A stretch of DNA of 63,318 bases, filler included, from Vannella sp. (taxonomy: Eukaryota): NCBI GenBank assembly GCA_023345925.1. It is 6 parts of 6 records of this genome, joined end to end, with 100 filler letters (N's around TTAATTAATTAA, not from the genome) between each part and the next. Parts side by side here need not be neighbours in the genome. Positions count along the whole stretch, not along the records: positions 13,612 to 25,777 come from JAJQQN010000571.1; positions 25,878 to 33,396 come from JAJQQN010000477.1; positions 33,497 to 48,460 come from JAJQQN010000508.1; 3 more parts are not named here. One strand, given 5' to 3'. This document shows, in pieces, positions 23,255 to 36,400 of the stretch. The first letter of the stretch is position 1. Each line of letters starts with the position of its first letter. Position numbers and translations under genes: made by a program. The notes beneath the pieces were generated by a model, which was not told the origin of the DNA, made no database searches, and saw nothing but the letters and a program-made list of their open reading frames with translations.

Positions 23255-25730
23255 TCAAGTACATTCACCAAATAGCTCGTTAAGCCACCTCTGGACAAAG
23301 GTGCTGCCCACGTGCCCGGTCCACACCTCGTTGCCCACGCTCAGATAGTGCAGGCCATCCCAGGACTCTTCACAGCGGCTTTGTGTTATATCCATGTTGT
23401 CGAAGTACTTCACTCTCGTTCCCCGAAGCTCCTCTCTAACAAACGCTGTCAATGTCCTGCAATATCTCCTTTCTCGTTCCTTACTGTGCAATACGAGAGA
23501 ATCTCTCGTTGCGGGTTTGTGTGATGAATTCAGTGCGTGCGTGCGCTGTTCCAAAGAGGAACGGTGAGTGGTACCAGAAGATATGGGGAGTACCTTCCTC
23601 CGGACTGGAATGACTAATCATCTCTGCGAATGACTTGACATACGACCGGAATGCCTGAGTGATGAAATAAGTAAGGAAAAGGCACATCCAGGAACTCACT
23701 GGCTCTGTTTGTCGGAACAGGCAATACGCTGTGGCAGGATTCATGATAAAAACGTCTGGCCGAGTCTCTTCTTTCTCAAGCAAGTCTCCATACATCTCAT
23801 GGATATGGAACTCAAACGGAGTAGAAGTTTCTGGTTCGAGAATGTTCCAGTGGTCGAGCATGGTCCGAGTGAAGTTAAAATCCCGGAAGATATCTTTTTC
23901 TGCGAATAAAAAGATATCTGGCCAGAAGTGGAAGGTAAGGCGCACGGAGTCAGAGACCCCATCCTCAAGCTGAACGTCAGCAGTCTCGAATTTTGTTGTG
24001 ACTGCGTTGTCGAACAGAGACATCAGGTATCCCACATGCTCCCGTGATAGAGAGTCTCCCATCACGTGTATCCAAGAAATGTCCTTTTCTTTTGCGCACC
24101 GAAGAAAGTCCGTCCGGTCATAAGCGTGGTAGTGGCAATTATAAGGCACCCAAACCCACCCGAAGCGAGATCCCTGCCAGCTGGGCCGGCTGATTCGAGA
24201 CTCGAAGAGGTCTCCGGTGCAGATTGGAGGCCGGCATTTTCCATCAACAGGGTGCTGGAGCCAGCGGCCAGGCTCGTTAATTGAAGTGCATTTCCGATGC
24301 TTTGAAGGGACAATCAAGTCCAATGGAGGCTCTGAATCCTTCTTTCCTTTTTTGAGAGGCTCAATTCGCACACGAACTAACTTTCTGGATCCCCGCACTT
24401 CACTTCTCTTCAAGTCACAGGGAGTGTACTCATGGAACGAGTGAGAACCGACTAAAATGGGCTGCGTTTGCTCCATCTTGGCTTCGTTTGATGAATGAAA
24501 CCAATACAATGCCACAACCAGCTCAAACTGGCCAGCATCAAAGCCTTCCACCTCGATGCGATAGCCTCGTTCAGAGCTTCCCTTGAAGATGGGTTCGTAC
24601 TTTCGGGACACCCAAACCGCCTGCTTCATCTCTGAGCTGCCCAAGAAGGCATTAAACCCCACTTTCGACACCGCTTTGGGATAAGTCTTCACAGCGTCGG
24701 GATGAGGAACGATCCAAAGCGTCTGGTCCGGAATGAGCTCCGGAAATCACTTATTCACTTCTTCTCTCTTACCAACCGACTTCCTCTCATGAGCTCCAAA
24801 GGTATCTTGTTATCCCAAAGAGATTCGCCCTCATTATTGACAAGAACAAACTGCTGGGCAGTCGGGAGCTCCCGATGAAGCCAACCTTTCGTTACAGTTA
24901 GGAAAGATTCTGTGATACCAGCGCTGAACTAACCACTGCAATGAAACCCGCAGTCGCTGAATGGAGGCAGTTCTTCAACATGATACTCCAAGTCATTGTC
25001 TTCCAGTGGAACCGCAGAAAGATCTCTTCGGACCACACTTATATGGCAGTACTCTGTGGACTCGTCTGGGAAGAAGGTGGCTACCAAACTGTGAGGTATT
25101 AGTGAGAACCTAACAACACTGGAATAGTCTAGCGTACCAGAGCTTGTCCGAATCGACCATAAAGGGAATCTTCCTGGCAAAGCGGACACTTTCCGTGTTC
25201 CAGTTGTCATCTTTCACCTCTTCAGCAGTGCACTGCATGTTCAGATAGTAATCACATCGTCTGAGCTCATCAAAAGTGGGACGAGCCTGAAGAGGAAGGA
25301 GTTGGAACACGGCTTCGGAGCATCTGCTCAGAAGGTCGGGCCTCTCAAGCTGGAAGGAGATCTCAAGATCCCCATCTACCTTTTCAATCGTTGAGCCTGC
25401 TTCCTCTTGCGTAGAGCCCTCTGCTACATCCTCCCCCAAGGTCTTTGACCCTCCTTCTTCCTCTTCTAGGCTGAGGGGGGTGTCTTCTTGCGGCTGAGAG
25501 GTCTGTATCACATCGTGTTCCAATGTGCTTCCAGGATCAGACCAGTCAGGGATCTGGTCCTCCTTGGGCACGTGATCTTTCACCCTCGGCTTCGTCTTCG
25601 TCTTCGCCCCTCGAAACGCCTTTTCAAACAACCGCGCAGTCTCCTTCCCCGTGTCCTCTTCCAGTAACAGCAAGAACATTGACAGTGCTGAGAACAGGAT
25701 CAACCCTCTCAGAACCCACGCCAGCCGCAT
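23255..25730 (-). CDS. Type II membrane SGNH/PC-esterase (TBL/NXPE-like) O-acyltransferase or esterase
   Basis: N-terminal TM; WVPYNCHY; MGDSLSRE (GDS motif); C-terminal DGLHY (DxxH); assembled across several introns. Confidence 0.75.
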
Positions 25731-25777
25731 ATCCGCCTCCCTCAGTCGAAGCAATAAATATATCAATTGTGCAATAA

Positions 25778-25877
25778 NNNNNNNNNNNNNNNNNNNNNNN
25801 NNNNNNNNNNNNNNNNNNNNNTTAATTAATTAANNNNNNNNNNNNNNNNNNNNNNNNNNNNNNNNNNNNNNNNNNNN
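25778..25877. other. Artificial contig linker
   Basis: N44-TTAATTAATTAA-N44. Confidence 0.98.
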
Positions 25878-25922
25878 GAGAAGGTGATGCTGCCTCTGCA
25901 GTAGAGCAAAAAATAAGGTGTA

Positions 25923-28900
25923 TTATTCCATGTACTTTGCGTGAAGTTGATGAGCCAATTCCACAATAAGAATAGACCGGTCGTCGCGAAGTTCCCGCAA
26001 AGCAGAGCGAAGTTTGTGCGTTTTTGAAAACTTGGTAAAGTTGGGGTGGACGTCACAGAGAATGACGAGGATCTTCATGAGCTTGAGACGCACTAAGTTA
26101 TCAAACTCTTTGCCAAGTAGTCCCAGGAGTAAACAAGAGACAAAGTCTTTGTTTGCTGTCAGCTGCAGTTGAATGCCAGAGCACGATTGGACGACTCGAA
26201 GCATTGACTCGACCAAATTGATGAAAACTGGTTGAGCGCTGGACACAAAGACTGTGACCAACTTCTCCAGGTTGTTGGGTTTCGAGAGAGTTTGTTGGAC
26301 CTCCGCGTCGTCTCGAGCCCTTTTGCCAAATGAATTAGTTGGAGCGGACAGGAAGCAAAAAGTCTCTTACCATAGCGACAATACATCGAGCGTGTTGACC
26401 CTCCAGTTCGCATAGGATGTAAGCAGTTCGAGGTAATAGACGACGCCATTATGTTGATACAATTCGACCCGTCCAGCAGGAATCTTTCCAAGGTCCAAAA
26501 TGATCTCCAAGGCAAACTGCTTAAGAGGGGAGTTCTTGTTGATGATATCTTGCAAGTGAGGAATGATTCCTGCTCTCGCAGCCTCTTCTTGACGTGATCG
26601 GTCGATTCTGGTGAGATGGTACAAAGTAGTTACAAGCTGGTTGACCATATCCTGTATAATGCGTTAGCTTTTGACTGGGCTGGGCTGAACAGCAAACGCA
26701 CGGTCGAGATGTTCTCCTGAGAGAATAAAGCAATGAGTTTGGGGATAGCTCCAGCTTTTTGTAGAGGCGCAAGAGTGCCGGAATCCATAGAAAGCTGCTT
26801 CAAAAGCTTCAATAGAGATACTAAATGTGTTATCTTGAATGCACTGAGCAACTTGATGCAGGAGAATAGGACTGACACCCTGTTAGTACCTCTCTCGTCA
26901 AGTAGAATGAAGATACTTACTTGATAGAACGCCCCCTTCGCTATCGTCGGCCATGACAGATTTCACCACCGCATCACCTGAAGAGAAATGCAAGAGAACC
27001 TCGATGAGCTTCTCTGTGCATCGAGTTCCATCCAAATCCTTGATTGTACGCAAAAGAGTCTCGGCCAAGTACTTCAAAGCGTCGCACTTGATTAAGAGAC
27101 GGCAAAAATCGTTCTTTGGGGTTGTACTCTATCCAAGCAAGTCAGATAGCCCTTTGCATACTCTAAAGAACTTACTTGAAGTTCAAAGACACTTTGGATG
27201 CCATCAACAGCCATAAAGATCAAGTCCTTATCACCTGCATAGTCGTCTGTCTTGAGGAAGCCAACCAGATGTGGTAGGCCACCACAGGCAATGAACATCT
27301 GATGAGTGAGACTGCTCCCACTGCAAACCTCCTTGATGAATTTGGCCACCTCAAGCCGCACTTGCTTTGAGAACTCGTCTTCTGAGAAAGTCAATACGGC
27401 AGGGATGGCGCCAATAAGGCAAAGGTTCTCCTGAATCTTGCTGTTGTCTTCAATGATCTGATTAATGAATCGGAGAGTACAGTCTGCTACTGAGGGAGAG
27501 GCGCTTTCCAGAATCTCTAGAATCTGGATTGCACCGGCATGGCGAATGAGGCGGCTCTTGTCCGTAGCGTTTTCTTTAAAGATAGCGATCTAACAGCTGA
27601 ACGTCAGTGCCAGGGCTTTGATGATGTCCATTGTTAACTTACCAGCTCCTCACAAGCGGTTCTGATCAGTTCATCGCTCTCTTCCTGGTCAAAACAAAGC
27701 ATAAGATCCGTTACCTCCTTGGCCAGGGCTGGGAAGGTGTCACGCGATCCAGCAACAAAATCCCTTTCGTCAAAGATGTTATCGAAATCGTCTAATCCGT
27801 CGGGAGTAGCCTGCGACTCAGTGATTTGGCTCAATTTTGCATGGAAGTCAAAAGCCCCGCCCAGTCCCCAATCATCATCTTCCTCAGCACCTTTTGCGAC
27901 TGGGTTCTTTGCTTCATCATCAGAATTGTCACCCCAACTGTCATCGTCCACTACTTTGGTGGACGAAGGCTTCGCTGAGCCAAAGTCCCCAAAGTCATCG
28001 TCCCAGTTTTCGTCATCACTTGGAACAGTTGCCTTGGGCTTGGTTACTGGTGGTTTGGGTGTCGCTTCTGCTCCAAAGTCATCGTCCCAGTTCTCCTCGC
28101 TCTCCTCTGCTGGTTTGGGTTTGGGCTTTTGGGCAGAAACCTGCTTCTTTGCTGGTTCTAGATCAAAGTCATCATCCCAGTTCTCTTCACTCTCCTGAGC
28201 CGGTAAGGATTTGGGCTTTTGAGGAGTGACCTGCTTCTTTGCCGGCTCCAGATCAAAGTCGTCGTCCCAGTTCTCCGAGTCCTCCTTTTTGGGAGGAGCT
28301 TGCGAAGTTGGAGCGGTGGTAGTCCCAAAATCATCATCCCAGTTCTCTTCGTCACTCCACTTCTCGTTATCTACAACTACCGCCGCTTTCGGCTTTGGCT
28401 TGGTCGCTGGGGCCTTCTGTGGAGTACTTTTGGTCCCAAGATCAAAATCGTCGTCCCAATTCTCTGCCTCAGAATTTGGCTTGACTTTCACTGGGGCTGG
28501 CTTTGTAACGGGTGTCTTCTACCAGGTGATGACTTTCAGTCAGAAGACATTCCCCTGAGACTCTGCCAAAACTTACTGGTGTTTGAACAGCAACAGCGGG
28601 ATCGTCACTCCAACTGCCCTCATCAAAGTCCACATCATCAGGCACCTTTTGGATTGGCTTTGTTGGACTTGCTCGCTTAATTGGGGATGTCTCTTTGATA
28701 CGATGGACAGTCGATGCTTTTGATCCTCCAACGAGCACAGGCTTACTGGCAACATCAGATGAAGAAATAGCAGTCTTCTTCATCCTTTCAGTCTCCTCTC
28801 TGGGGGCTGAACTGGGCGCATTCTTCGTCTTTGAGGTCCGACTCGACTTTTTGGGCCGCTCCTCCTTGCCTTTCTTGTGCCGACTCTTTCCTGGCTCCTT

Positions 28901-30225
28901 GCTTTCTCGAGGTGTCTTATCCCGAGAGCTCTTTTCCCGAGAGCCTTTCTTCTCTTTGGATCGAGGAGTCTTTGCCTTGCGCTCCTTAATAGCCTTTTCA
29001 ACCTTTTCCTTGCTACTTCGAGGCGGAAGGACAAGCCCAGTACGAAGAGATATGGTAGCTGTCTTCTCTAGCTCCTCGTTGTAGGTCCGAAGGTTCTCCT
29101 GGACGTCTTCAAAGGCCAGATTGGATTGCACCACCGGTGCATCTAGTTTAGCTCGAAGCCAGGGGTGTTTAAGCAGGCGTCGGGCATCAATACGAAGGAG
29201 AGGATCCTTCTGGAAGCATTCCATGAGGAAGTCCTTCAGTGCAGGCGAGAGTTCCGGAGGAATGGGCGGGTGATCGTCTTGGACGATCCGGAATAGCGCT
29301 GGCATGGGATCCAGGTCAAAGTAGGGCGGGTTTCCAGTCACTAACTCGATGATTGTGCAACCTAGACTCCTATATATGGTCATGAGCGCCGGCTTTCACC
29401 AGAAGGTCGGCAGTTCCTACCAAATGTCTGACAAGGGACTCGCTCCTGCAAGCTGGATGATTTCAGGAGCCACTAGAAGTAATAGTAAGTAATGCTGAAG
29501 GTGTAGAAGTGCAACTACATACTCCAATAAGGAGTGCCAGCCACCGCCGAGGTGTCTTCACCAGAGATTTGCTCCGAGGCCACTCCAAAGTCAGCAAGCT
29601 TAACGTGTCCTTCCTTTGTTGTGAGGATGTTCGCTCCTTTGATGTCGCGATGCACCACTCCTTGCTCATGCAAGTAATGGAGCCCAGCGAGGACCTGCGT
29701 GATGTAGACCCGGACCAAAGACTCGGGGAATCGCCCAACTGACTTGACCAGATATGCTAAAGAACCATTCTCTACGTATCTGAACTCGTTCTTGAGTCAC
29801 CAAGCGCAGAATCAGGTCAGGAGGGAACCTACTCGAGGACGATGTTCAAGTACTCCTTCGTCTTGGAGTATCCGATGTACTTGACGATGTTATCATGTCT
29901 CAGCTTCTTCAGCAGATCGATTTCTGTCTGAGGAGGACGTGCCGTTAGGCGGTACGTCAAAGAACGAAGCCTCTCTCCACCTACCATGATGCCTCCGACC
30001 TCCTCCTTGGGGATAGCAGAGAGGTTGATCTGCTTGATAGCCACAAAGTCACCACCATTGATGTTCAAGCCCAAATAGACCGCTCCATAACCTCCACGCC
30101 CCAACATACTCCCGAATTGCTTGTCCCCTCACGTGAGCAGAGCGCAACCACGCCATCCCAACAAGCCCTCTTACATAAGTCGTATTCGCATCCAACACGA
30201 GGTTGGCAGGCCGCCCAGACTGCAT
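25923..30225 (-). CDS. SepA/Cdc15/Cdc7-like (MAP3K-epsilon) STE kinase with C-terminal ARM repeats
   Basis: [47 protein letters not shown]-terminal [32 protein letters not shown]; many introns. Confidence 0.93.
27990..28470 (-). repeat. Six ENWDDDF motifs in the kinase linker
   Basis: Six exact ENWDDDF copies in ORF 27634-28491, spaced by Pro/Lys-rich segments. Confidence 0.92.
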
Positions 30226-30436
30226 GCAGCAACCAGCAGCCGGGGAAAGAATGACTTCCCCTCCCAAGCCTTCAATTCAGGTCCAAACGGATGACAGACG
30301 AGAGATTCGTCGTTGCTATTCATGATTAGACATGTGTCCGTGCCCCTCCACCAATCAGAAGAGGGAAGACGAGATTCTGCCACAGCTTTCGTTCGCTGCC
30401 TGCTGGATGGTGTCTTAAGGGCGCTTTAGCATGGTT

Positions 30437-32600
30437 CTACTTGTGATAGAACTTGTTGATGTGATCGTGGAGGCTTTGGAAGGGTCCTGGGTGTGGGAGA
30501 GGCGAGGAATGTGAGTTGGGGGAGTGAGACTGGCAAGTATGCGAGACCGGAAAGCGGTTTATTCTTTGTTAAGAGCGTGCTGACGCTCCTGGAACTCAAA
30601 GAACTTCTTTTCCTTGTCGATTGTCATCTCCAGAACCGAACGGCGTTTCTGGGCAAAGCCTTTCTCCATTCTCTTCTTCTCTACTTGCTCTCGGATGATC
30701 TACTCCAGCGGTTAGTGATAAGGCGAATGGAGGAGAAGGGCTCAGCGTACTCTGTCGAGGCTCTCCGCGGTAATCTCAAAGTCAGGATGAGCGTAGGCTG
30801 CTTGGACGAGAGTGATGACGAGATTGGAGATGTCTCTGCCCACGAACCCGTTCTCAGCAAGCAATGCGGAGTACTCTTCGATCTTCTCGTCGCTGAGAGC
30901 GTCCGAATTGAGACTCTTTTGTGATGTGAGCCAGCTTCTCTTCCCGCGCTCATTGCGGATGTATTTGTTCGTGTAGAGCTTGAAGATCGCCGTGATCTCC
31001 TCCACTGTAGGTGGCTCGAACTCAATGGATTGAGTAATACGACTCTGCACTGCTGGATCCAGAACCCAAGGCCGGTTCGTCTCAAAGACGAGCATGAACT
31101 TCTTGGATTCTGTTCCTGTTTGGTTAATGAACTCGTTAAGGACCCTCACACGCTCTGGAGAGAGCGTAGAACGATCTTCCAAGAAAGTATCTGCTTCGTC
31201 CACGAACAAAATAGCTCCTCGAGGGCGGGAGTTGGCCCATTTGAAGAGCTTCTTGATCTCAACAATCGCTTCTGCACTCGTAAACTGATCAAAAGAAGGG
31301 CCGCTCATCACCGCAAAGTCCATATTCGCTTCTTGTGCCAACTTTTCTCCGTACAGTGTCTTCCCTGTGCCAGGCTAAACCATTATAATCATAAGATACC
31401 TTCTCCTACACGTAAAGGAAGCTACTGACAGCACCATACAAGAGAATGTGCCCGAAGAACCCATTCCGGCGGGAAGTATTTCGAGTTCCTTCGATGATAC
31501 GGCGAAGGCGCTCTTCCAGGACGGGCTTAAAGACAACATCAACCTTTTTGCTAAGGGGCAGGCTTAGCTACAGCCGTTGCCAGGCGCTGGGGGTGGACTT
31601 ACGAGTAGGGCAAGTACGCTTGGACCAATGCCTTCAATGGAGAGTTGAAGGAGACTGACTTGGCTAATTGGGGCTTGAAGAAGCGGTTGTGAAGAGCCTT
31701 AGCAGCCAAGGGGGCCACAACCTTGCCAGCATAGAACACACCAATGCAACTGGCAGTGAATCCGAGCAGATTCATCATCCGCTTGCGGCCCTCGTGCCCA
31801 GTAAAGAAGTTCGTGATAGTGTCCCACTTGTACTTCTCACGATCGATCATGCCCTGCTGCTTCAGCTTCTCGACAGCGAGATCGTGCTCCAAACGGTACT
31901 CCTTCGTAGCTTCGTGCTCTCGAACGGACTGCTGGTGGTGAAAGTCAGCCAGTTCCACCTCCAAGTCACTCTTCTTCTTCAGCTTGTGCGAGATCAAAGC
32001 CTTCTCGCGTTCCATCTCTTTGATACGCTGAGCATCTTCGAGAGCTTGGATCTTCTCCTTGTGCTGGAAGTCGCGCTGTAGGTTCTGCTCTTTCAGCTTC
32101 TCAAAGGCTTCCTTTGCTTCTAACTTGATTCTGGTGCGCTGTGCGAGGGTCTCTTCCTCTCGTTTGAGGCGATAGTCGACCCGCAGCTTCTCCTCTTCTG
32201 TCTTCTTCTCTTCAAGCTTCTGGAGCTCTGTGTTGCGTGCCTTAAGCTCGTCCTTTGATGAGTCCATGGCGAACTTCTTTCTGTCCGTCTCGTGTTGCTG
32301 TAGAGAGTGAGGAAGGCTCGAAGGAGAGGGCGATTAGCAGTACCTCGTGGATCTTCTTTCCCTCCAGCTCGATCTCCTTACGGCGAGTGGTTTCCTTCTC
32401 CTTGATCTTCTGGGCTTCTTGTTTCAAGTTCTCTCCGTAAGCCCGAGACTCCTCGATGAGTTTGCTACAATGCGGTCACTTTACCACCTCCAGCGTCCAC
32501 AGAGGCTCACTCACTCGACTTCATTGGGAGACATTCGATTCAAGGCAATGAGGAGCTCCCTCTCCGAGGCCAAAGCATTCTTCAGGTCCTTGTAGGACAT
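30437..32600 (-). CDS. ATAD3: ATAD3-like mitochondrial AAA+ ATPase
   Basis: Long coiled coil, TM segment, LYGAPGTGKT across an intron, MDFAVMSG, LFKWA, ILFVDEADTFL, TNRP. Confidence 0.88.
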
Positions 32601-32672
32601 GCACGCGGACGGGGGACGAAAGAAATGAGCCGTTTCCTGGAAGTGGGGAGGTGTTGGAGGTGTCTGGCGTGT

Positions 32673-33396
<724 letters not shown>

Positions 33397-33496
33397 NNNN
33401 NNNNNNNNNNNNNNNNNNNNNNNNNNNNNNNNNNNNNNNNTTAATTAATTAANNNNNNNNNNNNNNNNNNNNNNNNNNNNNNNNNNNNNNNNNNNN
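33397..33496. other. Artificial contig linker
   Basis: N44-TTAATTAATTAA-N44. Confidence 0.98.
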
Positions 33497-36400
33497 ACAT
33501 TCCATCAGACATTCAATTCGAAGGAGTTGTGGCGATGTTGGTTTGGAAGCGAAAATGCTAGAAATGGGAATCATGATTATTTCCGATTCCCAGCTTATTG
33601 GCCGGAGAAGGAGATATTGACTTGAGAGACTAACTGAAGTGGGCAGCTCTCCACTCATTGAGACTGTGTTAAACAAGAGGGATTGCTCCAATTGCGAGCA
33701 AGAAGTGGAGTACAAAGGAGCAAATCCTGTTGAGCGGTAGGATATCAAGTCTCCCCCATTCTCAAGGAAGCGTCTGGAGTCTCTTCTGTGCGAGTGTGTG
33801 TGTTTGCCACTGATTGAGTACAGGAAAGCGTCGGAAGAATTAGATACCAGCTCTGCAACACCCCCAATAGGCTTCGCAATTGCTCCAATCAGACCTTTGC
33901 CCCATCCACTGATGAGGCCACCTGCTCCTCCATTTAGGGCTCCCATTATTGGCTGAGAGACGAGGCCGAATGCCCCCGCGACAAATCCATATCCCATTTG
34001 AGTCACTCCATCCATTACTCTCTGAGGTGAACCTTTTGGTCGGCTGCACATCTCCCTGTGGGACCGTTTGTAGGTTTGGTAAGATGAATCAAAAGTCAGT
34101 TCGTCCAGATTGCGACTCAAAGATGAAGAGAAGGAGTGGATAGTGTCAGCTGCTCCTCTTGAAGAGTAATAAACGAATGAACTGACTCCCTTTCCAACAC
34201 CCTCAATGAATCCAGTTGGGCCACGGAAGGCACCTTCCATTGGCATTTGAATCAAGCTTTGCACGGCAAGCGACCATTGCCGCACCAAATGAGCCGGGTT
34301 TCCTAATAGCTCAAATGAAGCGATAATTTGGGGAATGCGGTGCAAAGCTGTGGTAAGGTAAGTATCTGTGAGTAAGAGTGCCAACTCGGAAGGAAGCAGC
34401 GAGCGGGATTTGAGAGTTAAAGAGGGAAACTGCACGGGAGTTCGGTCTATCGAAAGGAACAAACCAGCAGTAAATGCAACAGATACTTCGACGAGAATGG
34501 GATCGAAATGGAGAGATTCGATAAACAAAGCCGGAGTCTTTGTGACTGTTCTCACTCCTATTGTGGCTGTTCTGCTCAAGCTGTAAGAATGACTTGACGC
34601 CTGAACCAGAGATGATTGGAGAAGTTGAGTGAGATGTCTAGAAGATGCTTTGAGTGGAGAAAGGAGTTGTTCATCGAAGGACATCGAAATTGGGTTCAAT
34701 GTGAGTGATACACACTTAATCAGAGTAATTGCAGCCCAAGGCGAGCTCTCAATGATTGCTGTTCCATCCAAAAGGGTAGCTGAAGGAAGTAGAGGTTGTA
34801 AAAGGACTGGTCGATCCGATCCAGGGAGGAGGTTGTCAATTTGTGCAGAAGCTAACTTCAAATAGACACTTTGCATTGATCCCTTCTTATAATATGACAT
34901 GTCCAAGCCATCTAAGTGGAATGAGATCACTTCTTGCCAACGCGCGAGCATATCCTGTCGGTCATCAATTAGCGTTAAACTAGCGGTAGACATTTTCAAG
35001 TCGAGAGAGTACTGGCGCTGGCTCTCTTTGATATCGGCCTCCTCTATCACTACAATCGAGCAATTGCCTGTTTGAGAAATTGTGATGTGAAGTGGGACAG
35101 AGCCGAGATGGACACATTGAACAGAGGAGTGCATCAAAATGAAGTCAAAAGACACCATTTCCTCTCCACTATGTATGGTAACCGTGACAGGGGAAGATTT
35201 CGTTTGATTAATCTCGCTCTGTATGGCTACCGAAGCCTGTTGTCCCCCGACAACATCAAAGAGGGTGAGTTGGTCTCCAGAAGTGCTTGGCACTGAGAAG
35301 GAGGCCTGACACAGAGTATTGTTATGGACAATCAAAGGAGCTTGCCCGTTATCAAAGAGACTTAATATTAGTCGCTCCTCCTCTTTAGTAGAAGAATAAG
35401 CTAGTCCCCTGCAGTACCTCAACGATTTAGAACCGTCAACTTCTTGTCTGAACAGATTCACGAAAGAAACCCGTTCCAGTTCTTTTGGAGTCAAGCAGAT
35501 AGGTTCACTCCATTCTGCCATAACTCCATCCAGAGCAGCAAACACTGCTGGATACCCCAGTGGCCAGGGGCCAGCTATGCAGATGCCTTTCCCAGCCGGT
35601 AACTTCACAGCTTTCGTTCCTGAAGAATCCAGTGCCACTTGAAGGTCTAAAAGTGAATCATTCGTAATCCAGTGCCCAGCTTCAAGCTCGACCTCAAAGC
35701 AACCAGCTCGTTTCGTTGTGCGACCAGTAAAGGACACGTGGCGAGAAGAGTTTGTGGGATGCTCGATGGCCAACCGCTTTGGTACATTAGCACCCGACAT
35801 CATTATCACAACCGGACTCCAATTAGTTTCCCTGTGATCCTCTCCATCAACGCTTCCTAGTCGGAAACAAACTGCCTGAGTCGAAGGGTTCCAAGGGAGC
35901 GGTTGGGAGTTGCACTTTTCCACAATTAAAGGGAGAGCGTCATTGTTTGGTGGGTGCTGAGAGATAGCAACTGGAAGGGGGCTCCAATTGGTCACCCGAT
36001 ACGGCCAATTGAACGTTAAATGCAAAACGGGTATTTCATCTCCACGCGCAGGAGGAAGGACCCAGGAAAGGCGATAATGATCTGATTTTGCGATGCTGCC
36101 AATCTCTTCTTGGTGAAGAATCACTTCAGAAGAGGGTTTGTTGAGGGCCGAGAGATGCCCTTCCAAGTGTGAGAGGAGTTTGGAAAGTATGTGGTCCTGA
36201 TATACAAGAGTAGGGTTAAACTTGAGTGATGCACCAGAGCACAGCTCTCTTGCTTGTGCAAAGACGATTGTGCATGAAGGAATATACCACGTTGGGTCCT
36301 CTTGCCTCTCAAGAGGGAGAGGGAATTGGATAGAAGCTGCTGAACTAGGATACCGAAGGGAGGATGCCCCCAAAGTCACGAATTGATAGGAAATAAAACT

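Noticed and set aside
27719..29084. Multiple + strand ORFs over the kinase linker
   Set aside because: Antisense to low-complexity coding sequence
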